Positions 44,030 to 52,682 of a stretch of 64,000 nucleotides of DNA are shown here, piece by piece. A program made the translations under genes and the position numbers. How positions within the stretch are numbered: position 1 is the first letter of the stretch; every line of letters begins with the position of its first letter. Location: assembly GCA_965209055.1 (NCBI GenBank), contig OZ242374.1, positions 4,480,001 to 4,544,000 of the forward strand, written 5' to 3'. Source of the DNA: Acidobacteriota bacterium. Lineage in GTDB: Bacteria; Acidobacteriota; UBA6911; RPQK01; JAJDTT01. A model generated the notes under the pieces. The model had not been told where the DNA came from. It ran no database searches and saw nothing but the letters and a program-made list of their open reading frames with translations.

Positions 44030-46291
44030 TCATGGATTCTTCTTGATCAGGGCCGCGATCAGCGGTTGCAGGTCTTCGTGACGATTCTCGCCGCCGCCAA
44101 ATAGAACCGTGTCTACGTTGCCGTTCTGGTCAATGATGATGTGAGTTGGATAGGTGCTCACGTTGAACTTACTTATGGTTTCGTGGGCGGCTGGGATGAT
44201 TTCGTATTTGAAAGGACTTTCTTCGAGAAACGACCGAAGCGGGGCCTCATTGTCCGTCGCAAACGCGATGAATACGACATCGCGCTTGTCGAATTCATCC
44301 ACCAACTTGTTGAGGCTGGGTATCTCCACTCGGCAGGGTGCGCACCCGATGAACCAGAAGTTCAGTACAACCACTTTCCCACGGAGGGATCTCGATTCGA
44401 AAGCTTCTCCCTCGAGCGAGGTCACACTGAAGGCAGGGGCCGGCGTTGCCTCGGTCTCGACCGACCGGGTTCTTGGCTCAGGTTGTCCGATTCCATCCTC
44501 GCCCGTTTCGTTCAGGATCCAGCTTTTTTCGGGACTGTCAGCCGAATCAATCGGCTCAAAGGCGTAAACCCTCAAAACACCGGGCCCCGAAAAGTACAAC
44601 GCGCCTCTTGAATCGTTTGCGACTAGTTCCCCATCCCACTCGATCTGTTGAAAAGCCTTTCTCCCGTTCAGATCGTACGTGTGGAGACGCGTTTTACGAC
44701 GCTGGTCAGCAGGCGCCAAAGATCGGAGGGTCGCAATCAAGAATCGGTCCCTGACGATCGCCGTCCCTGTGACGGCGGTCCAGGTTGCAAGCCACTGGTT
44801 GTGAAAGTCCGGGTCGCTCCATAACAGCGACTTGTCTACTCGGTCCGGTGGAGGGCGATAACTCGGATCCTGTTGAATCTTGAAGTCTCCGACGTAGACC
44901 CCGCGCGAGTCATATTTTCGAATCTCATAGTCCACGAAGCCAACGGCATAGACGTTGCCAAGGCTATCGGATAGCGCATTGAAGCGCGGCATGTAGTTGC
45001 CTCTGAACTCTTCGTCCGGGCTCAACCATGTGCGTCTTTCCTCGCCGAGAAAGGCAAAACCATCGTCCTTCCTGAGAATCCCGAGCCAAGGACCATCAAT
45101 CGTTCTGAGTCCGAGAAGAAGATCTCCGTTGCGCCTGAATCCCAGTTCAGAGGGGTATATATCTTCCGGTAGGTCAATTCTGTGATCGAAAGATCCGTCG
45201 GGATTGAAGACGATGATGGCTTCACCTTCCGACACATAGATCCGATTGTCCTGGGGATTCACGGCCAGCCCAAATATATGTCCTAGTTGGAGTTGATTCC
45301 GAAGCTTCTCCCCAATATGGCGGATGAAACGTCCGTCGCGCCCGAACTCGGAAACGGTGTCTCTGGAATTGAGCAGAAAAAAACTCCTGGGACCGATGGC
45401 AATGTTGTTCATGTGTACCGAGACGCCTTCCGGTGGCTGGAATCGGATCTCCTTGAGCAGCTCCAGCCGAGGCTTTCTCAGATTCTTGGCAGTCCCATTC
45501 GGGAGATACTTGGGCTCTCGATCGTTCTTTTGCAGTCTGTCTGGATGGGAATCTGAGGTGTCAGGTGCCGTGCTACTGTCTGGCTGCGGACGCCGGGTGA
45601 TCGTGTAGTTGACGAAATCCCAGTCCGAGTTCGACGTTCCCCAACTCGATCCGGCTCCAAAACCTTGCCTCGGAGCATCGCTGGTGGAGTAGTCTGACAG
45701 CGACGCATACGAGATTCTTATCTTCAACTCACCGTCGACAAGCATGTCAACTGCAACATCACTATGTTTCACAACCTTGTACGTATGAAACACCGTCGTA
45801 TCCAGAAAGACTCGAGACTCTGGAATTTCTACACCATGACGAGCCATGAACTGAACGCTTGTGGTCGAAAGACCCAGAAGAATGATCTTGGTTCCATCAA
45901 GAAATCCCGCCTGCACAGATCGACTTTGTCCTGGCGCACCAACCGAGCGGACCCGTGTACGAAACTCCATCACAGCGTCATCATTCCTTGTCAGTGGGTC
46001 GTTCCGGGAATAGAACTTGCACCGGGAACCTCCAGATTCACTTTCAGACACGTTGTCCTCAATGTTCAGAATCCCGTCGTCGACGGACTGGACCCCACAC
46101 TCAGATTCCGCAGCGAAGGGAGGATCGTTTTTTTCCGGTAGCACGTCCGCCCCATACCGAACTTCTATTCGCTCAATCACTGATCCGTCGCTGGAATCGC
46201 TCCCCACTTGCCAAAACTGGCAGGACAGGCTGGTCACAGCCCACAACGCTGCCAGACAGGACCAAACTGCCTTGCCAATGTCTTCAAACAT
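44030..46291 (-). CDS. Multidomain lipoprotein: beta-sandwich + beta-propeller + TlpA thioredoxin
   Basis: Lipobox-like SLSC; NHL-like propeller repeats; C-terminal GKVVVLNFWFIGCAPCRVEIP...YPTHIIID. Confidence 0.8.
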   Translation of the reverse strand: MFEDIGKAVWSCLAALWAVTSLSCQFWQVGSDSSDGSVIERIEVRYGADVLPEKNDPPFAAESECGVQSVDDGILNIEDNVSESESGGSRCKFYSRNDPLTRNDDAVMEFRTRVRSVGAPGQSRSVQAGFLDGTKIILLGLSTTSVQFMARHGVEIPESRVFLDTTVFHTYKVVKHSDVAVDMLVDGELKIRISYASLSDYSTSDAPRQGFGAGSSWGTSNSDWDFVNYTITRRPQPDSSTAPDTSDSHPDRLQKNDREPKYLPNGTAKNLRKPRLELLKEIRFQPPEGVSVHMNNIAIGPRSFFLLNSRDTVSEFGRDGRFIRHIGEKLRNQLQLGHIFGLAVNPQDNRIYVSEGEAIIVFNPDGSFDHRIDLPEDIYPSELGFRRNGDLLLGLRTIDGPWLGILRKDDGFAFLGEERRTWLSPDEEFRGNYMPRFNALSDSLGNVYAVGFVDYEIRKYDSRGVYVGDFKIQQDPSYRPPPDRVDKSLLWSDPDFHNQWLATWTAVTGTAIVRDRFLIATLRSLAPADQRRKTRLHTYDLNGRKAFQQIEWDGELVANDSRGALYFSGPGVLRVYAFEPIDSADSPEKSWILNETGEDGIGQPEPRTRSVETEATPAPAFSVTSLEGEAFESRSLRGKVVVLNFWFIGCAPCRVEIPSLNKLVDEFDKRDVVFIAFATDNEAPLRSFLEESPFKYEIIPAAHETISKFNVSTYPTHIIIDQNGNVDTVLFGGGENRHEDLQPLIAALIKKNP

Positions 46292-46440
46292 TCTGTGACT
46301 CCTGAATTGTTTCCCACTGCATTGGGACGCTCAGCATGACGTCTACGTCATTGGTGACAACACATCGTTCCAGTGGTCGAACTCTTTCGTCCGGCCGTCG
46401 AAACAACATCGAATGCGCCGATCGCTTCGACACCGGCCTC

Positions 46441-47970
46441 TTAGAACTCCATGGGACTGGTCCCGAGCACGAATACACGTTCGACTCCCGCACGCTTGAG
46501 GAGCTTAACCGTGCCCATGATTAAAGTGCCGGAGACTTCATGATCCGGCTCGATTACCACCACGTTTCCAACATCCCTGGATTTTTGGAGAAGACGTTCC
46601 TCGTCCACCAGGGTGTGTCCATGCCAGAGGCTCCCGGAATTGTCGATACGGAGCAGGAGACCCGGCGCTTGCGCGCCCGGTCTGAGGACAAAGTTGATCG
46701 CGATGGTCGTACGTGCCGAAACCGTTTCCCCATCTACCTTGATCGGCTCCCAGCGCCAACTCTTCAATGATTCCAGAGCCGCATTCCGCAAGGCGGGGTG
46801 ACCTTGAACCACTTCTGCCTCCTGCATTGCACCGCTGCTGTCGATGACGACCCGCAAGACGACCAAACCTTCAACCCCAGCCACTTTTGCGACGAGCGGA
46901 TATTCGGGTTCGTCTCGATGGAGCAGATTTCTGGCCATGACATTTCCCGCCACAGGAATCGGAATGGGTTCCTTTACGACAGGTGCTGCCTGCGAGTGGC
47001 GAGCGACGGAAGGCCGTGCCAGCGGCAATGCCGACAGGCTCCACCATCCAGTCACGACCAGCAACCCGAAACAACACGCCAACGAAAGAGCCGTTTTCTT
47101 CTTGGATCGTCTTCTCCCATGGAGTTGGAGCAGCGACCTCACGCGATAGCGCAGTTGGTACTCCTGGAGAAACAGAGGAGCAGGAAGGGAGAACGTGTGA
47201 GTGGCCCGCTTTGCGATTTCAACCAGAGAATGGAGATACGTTTTCCGGGAGCCCAATAGGTGGACGACCCGTTCGTCCACAGCCTGCTCCCGGGTCAACT
47301 GAATCCGGCGAATCAACCAGTGAAAGGCTGGATGAAACCAGAAAAGGGACCGCACGATTTCGTCCACCGTATTCCAGAGCCAGTCCCTTCTCTTCACATG
47401 CAACAGTTCATGGCAGACCACGGCTCTCTGCATCCCCTGCTCCAATTGGCCGAACGATTCGGGGAGGATGATCACCGGCCGCAACCAGCCGAAGGCGACG
47501 GGCCCGGCAACTTCGCCCGACACGCGATATTCCGCGGAGACTCCCAGCTCTTCTTCAAGAACGTGTAGATGCGGCGGTAGAGATTGGCGCGTGGTTCTAC
47601 GCTGTAGGCGGTGGAGCCGGTAGAACCCGACTCCCAGCCAGAGGAAACGGAGCAGCATGCCGGTGACCAGTAGGCCACCCAGCCACGCGTACGGATTGGC
47701 AGAGGTGCTGCCCTGGACCGCCGGCGACGGATTGGCGGTGGCAACCAGTTCCTCGACCAATGGAACGGAAATTGGTTCCGGCACGGCAATTGGCGCCAGC
47801 GGCTGGAGCGCCAATAGCAGGCAGGCGACCATGAGCAGTCGCCAGTAGAGATGCAGGATGCCAGGTGCCCGCAAACGAAAGACCCAGGGGAGAATTCCCC
47901 CGACCAGAATCAGAATTCCTGTCTGAAGACTGTAGAACCAGAGGTTGGACATCCACAGTTCAATGGTCAT
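46441..47970 (-). CDS. M56 (BlaR1-like) peptidase-TonB_C protein with ExbD-like tail
   Basis: GP..FGW.RPVI.LP, CHELLHVKRRD, FWFHP, REQAVDE; PEYPLVAK.AGVEG.V; tail VVVIEPDHEV...LKRAGVERV. Confidence 0.85.
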   Translation of the reverse strand: MTIELWMSNLWFYSLQTGILILVGGILPWVFRLRAPGILHLYWRLLMVACLLLALQPLAPIAVPEPISVPLVEELVATANPSPAVQGSTSANPYAWLGGLLVTGMLLRFLWLGVGFYRLHRLQRRTTRQSLPPHLHVLEEELGVSAEYRVSGEVAGPVAFGWLRPVIILPESFGQLEQGMQRAVVCHELLHVKRRDWLWNTVDEIVRSLFWFHPAFHWLIRRIQLTREQAVDERVVHLLGSRKTYLHSLVEIAKRATHTFSLPAPLFLQEYQLRYRVRSLLQLHGRRRSKKKTALSLACCFGLLVVTGWWSLSALPLARPSVARHSQAAPVVKEPIPIPVAGNVMARNLLHRDEPEYPLVAKVAGVEGLVVLRVVIDSSGAMQEAEVVQGHPALRNAALESLKSWRWEPIKVDGETVSARTTIAINFVLRPGAQAPGLLLRIDNSGSLWHGHTLVDEERLLQKSRDVGNVVVIEPDHEVSGTLIMGTVKLLKRAGVERVFVLGTSPMEF

Positions 47971-50252
47971 TCTTCTCTCTCTGTCATTTCCTCCAGCTCC
48001 CGAAGCTTCCGCCGGAAGTCTTTCATGTCGATTTCTGCCATCTCGTTTCTGGCACGCTTTAGTTCCTTCTGTGCCCATTCAAACCGGCGCCGGAGTTCCT
48101 TCATGTCGATCCCCGCCAACCTGCTTCTGGCACGCTCCAATTCTTTCCGAGCGCTCCCAAGCTGGCGCCGGAGTTCCGTCATGTCGATTGCTGCCATCTC
48201 GCGAATGGCACGGTCCGCTTCCTTCAGCGCACTTTCGAGCTTGGGCCGGATCTGGCTCCGGGTCTGATTTGGAATATTGGGCGATTGCGGAACGAACGCA
48301 TCGTGCGGGAAGCGGACGACGACGGTGGTTTTTACTGGAACGGGTATGCCGTTCAAGAGAAAGGGTTTATAGCGCCATTGGCTGACGGCGCTCGCCGCCG
48401 TGGAGTTCAAGCCGGGATTTCCCTCGCCTCCTCGCAGGACCTCCACATGCTGAACTTCTCCATTCTTGCCGATCACGATGGACAGCATGACCTGACCCGA
48501 TGGACGAGCTTCTTTGAGCTCTGCCGGATACTCAGGTTCAACCCGGTGGATCAGGCGGCTCTCCATGATCCGTCCTCCTACTCGAACCGGTTCCTCGACG
48601 GCTGATTCCGATTTGGGCACACGAAGCAAGACGGCGGTTCTCACTATTATGGGTTTCCCCTGGAAGACATACGGTTCATAACGCCACTGTCTCACTGCAT
48701 CCACGGCGGCAGAATTCAGGCGAGAATCGCCTTTGTCACCCCGAACGACTGTCACCTCCTGAACTTCGCCATTCTTACCAACCACGATGGACAAGATGAT
48801 CAGGCCCAGTGGGCCGTCGCTTTCCAAACCCGACGGAATCTCGGGATCGACCCGGTGGATCAGCCTGTCCGCCATGACATTGGTGCCCACATGAATAGGC
48901 TCATCGACAGTGGGTTCCGGGTGCGGCGATCCATGGGAACTAGTCGTGCCCACTGCCTCCGCGCGTGGCAAACGAAGAAAAACGGTGGTTCTCACCGGAA
49001 CGGGCTTCCCGTCCAGGAGAAACGGCTCATAGCGCCACTGTCTCACCGCATCCGGGACGGCGGAATTCGAGGGGGGATGGGCTTTATCGCCTTGCAAGAT
49101 TTCTACCCGCTGAACTTCTCCATTGCCATCGATGACGATGGACAATATGAACTGAGCCAACGGGCGGGAACTCCCCGCGTGTCCAGGAATCTCCGGATCA
49201 ACCTGGTGGACCAGCTTGTTCGCCATGACGCGACTACCGACTCGAACCGGCTCCCCGGCAGCCGGTTCCTCTTGCGGCATCCGAACTGACGGAGTGGCCG
49301 TCAAAGGCAGTGCAGCCAGAATCCACCATCCGCTTGCCATGAGCAGCGCCACGCACACGCTCCAAAAAACGGTCGATTTAGTCTTGGACATTCGTACCTC
49401 CCGCAATTGGAGCAGGTGCCGCACCCGGCGGCTGAACTGGCATTCCCTAAGAAAAAGTGGAGCGGGCATGGATGCGGCAGAAGTCTTCCACCTTGCGATC
49501 TCTACCAATGAATGAAGGTAAGTCTTCCTCGATCCCAGCAGCGCGACCGCCTGTTCGTCCACGACCTGCTCCCGGGTCAACTGAATTTGACCGATCAGCC
49601 AGTAGAAACCCGGGTGGAACCAGAACACGGTCCGCACCAACTCCTCGAATGCGTTCCAGAACCAGTCTCCCCTCTTCACGTGCAGCAGTTCATGGCAAGC
49701 GACGGCCTTCTGCATTGCCGGCTCCAGTTCGTCGAACGAATCGGGGAAGACGATGACCGGGCGGAACCAACCAAAGGTAATGGGCCCGGTGACCTCGGAC
49801 GACACACGAAACCGGGTAGAAACTCTCATCTCCCCGGTCAGCGGTTGAAGATGCGGGGGCAGGACCAGCCGTCGAGTTCTCCGCCTCAAGCGGTGGAGCC
49901 TGTAGAAGCCGGTCCCCAGCCAGATCAGGCGGAGTAGAATGCCGGCGAGGAAAAGGACCCCCAACACCGGAAATACGTCAGCAGCTTGGTCCGTCCCACT
50001 CACCGTCACCGGAGAAACAGGAAGCGTCAGTTCTTCGGCCAGAGGTACCGGTACGGGATCGGACAAGGGGTCCGGTACTCCAGGTTGGAAACCCAGAAGC
50101 AGACAGACTGCCAGCAGAACCCTCCAGAAAAGGTACAAACTGCGGGGCTCTCGAAGTCGAAGGAATCGGACCAGGAGGCCAGCCGCCAGAATCAGGATTC
50201 CGGTCTGCAGGCTGTAGAACCAGAGATTGGATAACGACAGTTCCAGGCTCAT
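47967..50252 (-). CDS. M56 (BlaR1-like) peptidase with three TonB_C domains and a coiled-coil tail
   Basis: CHELLHVKRGD; three L.H.V(D/E)PE...AV.QWRY.P units; 26-aa IDM repeats. Confidence 0.88.
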   Translation of the reverse strand: MSLELSLSNLWFYSLQTGILILAAGLLVRFLRLREPRSLYLFWRVLLAVCLLLGFQPGVPDPLSDPVPVPLAEELTLPVSPVTVSGTDQAADVFPVLGVLFLAGILLRLIWLGTGFYRLHRLRRRTRRLVLPPHLQPLTGEMRVSTRFRVSSEVTGPITFGWFRPVIVFPDSFDELEPAMQKAVACHELLHVKRGDWFWNAFEELVRTVFWFHPGFYWLIGQIQLTREQVVDEQAVALLGSRKTYLHSLVEIARWKTSAASMPAPLFLRECQFSRRVRHLLQLREVRMSKTKSTVFWSVCVALLMASGWWILAALPLTATPSVRMPQEEPAAGEPVRVGSRVMANKLVHQVDPEIPGHAGSSRPLAQFILSIVIDGNGEVQRVEILQGDKAHPPSNSAVPDAVRQWRYEPFLLDGKPVPVRTTVFLRLPRAEAVGTTSSHGSPHPEPTVDEPIHVGTNVMADRLIHRVDPEIPSGLESDGPLGLIILSIVVGKNGEVQEVTVVRGDKGDSRLNSAAVDAVRQWRYEPYVFQGKPIIVRTAVLLRVPKSESAVEEPVRVGGRIMESRLIHRVEPEYPAELKEARPSGQVMLSIVIGKNGEVQHVEVLRGGEGNPGLNSTAASAVSQWRYKPFLLNGIPVPVKTTVVVRFPHDAFVPQSPNIPNQTRSQIRPKLESALKEADRAIREMAAIDMTELRRQLGSARKELERARSRLAGIDMKELRRRFEWAQKELKRARNEMAEIDMKDFRRKLRELEEMTEREE

Positions 50253-50620
50253 TACCCCTCCTCGATCATTTCTTCCAGTTCTCGAAGCTTCTCCTTGGAG
50301 ATGTCGTGCCGCTCGACCAGGTGCAGCATGAGCGCCTCGCTGGACCCTCCGAATACCCGCTCCACCAGATCCGCCACCACCTCACGAATCACTTCTTCCC
50401 GGGGACGGGTGGGTTGATAGATGTGTGCCCGGCCCTCTCTCCACTTCCGGAGAAACCCTTTCCGATCCAGGCTCTGCATGGTGCCCATGACGGACGTATA
50501 GGCGATTCGGCGCCGCAGCCGCAGCTCCTCGTAGACATCGCGGACGGTGACCTCTGCCTTGTCCAGACGCCAGACCAGCTTCATGATTTCCAGTTCCTGC
50601 CGACTTAAGGATTTGGACAT
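50252..50620 (-). CDS. BlaI/MecI/CopY-family transcriptional repressor
   Basis: LSRQELEIMKLVW, TVRDV, AYTSV, L.RKG, GRAHIYQP, FGGS. Confidence 0.93.
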   Translation of the reverse strand: MSKSLSRQELEIMKLVWRLDKAEVTVRDVYEELRLRRRIAYTSVMGTMQSLDRKGFLRKWREGRAHIYQPTRPREEVIREVVADLVERVFGGSSEALMLHLVERHDISKEKLRELEEMIEEG

Positions 50621-50655
50621 ACGTATATCCTAGTACGTTATATACCTTATTTCAA
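50621..50655 (-). promoter_or_regulatory. Sigma70-type promoter with overlapping operator-like palindrome; probably a leaderless transcript
   Basis: Minus strand TTGAAA (50655-50650)-N17-TAGGAT (50632-50627)-N6-ATG; ACGTA-N8-TACGT at 50621-50638. Confidence 0.7.
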
Positions 50656-50776
50656 CCGGAAATCCCACTTTTCGAAATCACTTCGAAAATTCAGCACGCA
50701 GTCTGTGCTTGGAATGACGTTCGCGGATACGCTCGCCGGGTCCCCCTGCTTCGGTGAGCCGGCAACGAAATGGCGG

Positions 50777-52621
50777 CTACCCTGGCCACTTTCTCAACCC
50801 TTTCACCGGAAACGGCTTATCGCTCAAGAGCCTTTCCAGAATGTTTCCCAGGATTTCCACGGTTTTCGGAGCGGCCCCGAGGGCGCTCCAGACGATGTTG
50901 CCTTCGCCGTCGATAATGTAGTGGCTCGGGTAGGCCTCAACCCCGAATGCGCGTGCCAGCCGGTTGGAGGATGGAACGATCTCGTAGCGGAACTCCCGTC
51001 TCTTCAGAAACTCCTTGATCGGTTCCGCGTCATCCGTGGCGAAGGCAAGGAATCTGGCCTTGCCCGAAAACTCGTTCGTCAATGCGTTCAGCTCGGGGAT
51101 TTCCTTGATACACGGTCCGCAACTGGTGAACCAGAAATTCACGACAACCGGCTTCCCCTTCAGCGACTCGGACGTCAGTCGGACGCCCTCCAGTGTCGTC
51201 CCTCTGATCTGCGGGGCAGGTTTCAGTTCCGGAGTTTCACCGGTCAACCGGGTCATGAGGTAATCGTCAAAACCGCGGCTGTCTCCGGTGCGGGCAACGA
51301 AGGCGTTCTTTAACATCTCCGCGGCCGTCGCGGATCCCATTCGATAGGCTTCTACGAGAATCTCCTCGGCGCGGCGGAGGTGGCCGACGTTCGTCCAGAT
51401 TGCCGCCTCGATTTCCAGGTCCTCCGTCGATCGCCCTCGTGCGTCCGCTTGAGCCATCTTGACGTCGGCCAGGGCCCCTTCAGCATTCCCGTTCCGGAGC
51501 CGAAGCCGGGCGCGAATCCTGAAGGCCTGATCCCTCAGGCGCTTGTCGGAAACAAAGGCTTGCGGCGTGTAGTAGAGCTCAAGCGACCGGTCGATGAGCC
51601 GCTCAGCCTCTTCGTCCGAGTTCCCTTCCCGGTACAGCGCATTTGCCAGCAGAAGATAGGGATGGGGGTCTGCCGGGTCCTCGTCGACCCATTCGGCAAA
51701 AAGGTGGCGAGTGGCCTCCAGGCTCATCTTTGTGTTGCTCGTGAGCCAGAGGACGGATTTCCTGTCCTTCCACAGTCGTGAATTGGCCGGTGCGTCGCTT
51801 ACGACCTTCGCTTGCAGCATTTCCAGCGGAGAGTTCAAGTGGTCCAGTCCCTGAGTCGATATCCAGAACATGGCTTCGTTGAGGGCCTGCACTGAGTATC
51901 TCGATTCAGGAAACCGAGTGCAGAGTTCGGTCAAATTCTCAAACGCGCGACCGGACCGATCTGCAAGCCAATAGCCCATGGACAGGGTCCGAAGCAACGA
52001 CGGTCCCGTTTCGTGGAGTTCCATCTTGCGAAGCTGTGAAATGACTTCATCGCTGTCGAGATTCTTCAACAGCCTTTGTCTCAGCCCCCAGATCTTGGGA
52101 TAGAGCCACCAAAGATTCGGATGTTCAGCGAGTGCGCTAACGATGGACTCATTGCACGTCGAGAGGTCCGTACGCGGCCTGCATGACGCCAAGACCTGGG
52201 TTCCGAGCGGCATTTCTCCACTATCCGTCCGAGGCGCAAAACCCTTGCCACGAAAAATCTTTTCCGGCGTCCGGACCCTGACCGACGCCCATTCGCAGTT
52301 GCCGGGCAACGTCAGCCGAGCGATGAACTCCTCTCCGTTCCAAACGGCCTTCTCATTGAATGTGGAAAGGACATCCTGATGCCAAGTCGACATGTTGATG
52401 AATACACGATCATTCGGAAAAAGCCGTCCCCGCGGGAAATCCGGAGTGACCCGAACGACAAAGTCTTGACCCCAGCGCGGCGCTTCGGGCTCAATCCGAA
52501 TCTCCGCAAACAGGCCGGTCCCCAGCGCGAGGACGGACACGAGAGGGCACACGGTTCCGATCAGACTTCTCGAAACATTCTTAGTATGTATTCCGTAAGG
52601 ACTCATGAATATGGGAAACAT
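50777..52621 (-). CDS. Secreted TPR-like + TlpA thioredoxin protein
   Basis: Helical repeats; GKPVVVNFWFTSCGPCIKEIP...YPSHYIID; start uncertain. Confidence 0.82.
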   Translation of the reverse strand: MFPIFMSPYGIHTKNVSRSLIGTVCPLVSVLALGTGLFAEIRIEPEAPRWGQDFVVRVTPDFPRGRLFPNDRVFINMSTWHQDVLSTFNEKAVWNGEEFIARLTLPGNCEWASVRVRTPEKIFRGKGFAPRTDSGEMPLGTQVLASCRPRTDLSTCNESIVSALAEHPNLWWLYPKIWGLRQRLLKNLDSDEVISQLRKMELHETGPSLLRTLSMGYWLADRSGRAFENLTELCTRFPESRYSVQALNEAMFWISTQGLDHLNSPLEMLQAKVVSDAPANSRLWKDRKSVLWLTSNTKMSLEATRHLFAEWVDEDPADPHPYLLLANALYREGNSDEEAERLIDRSLELYYTPQAFVSDKRLRDQAFRIRARLRLRNGNAEGALADVKMAQADARGRSTEDLEIEAAIWTNVGHLRRAEEILVEAYRMGSATAAEMLKNAFVARTGDSRGFDDYLMTRLTGETPELKPAPQIRGTTLEGVRLTSESLKGKPVVVNFWFTSCGPCIKEIPELNALTNEFSGKARFLAFATDDAEPIKEFLKRREFRYEIVPSSNRLARAFGVEAYPSHYIIDGEGNIVWSALGAAPKTVEILGNILERLLSDKPFPVKGLRKWPG

Positions 52622-52682
52622 ACGCCCTCCATCCGGGGAAAATCACAAATTCCAAATCTCAAGAAAGGAGGCGGGGAACTCC

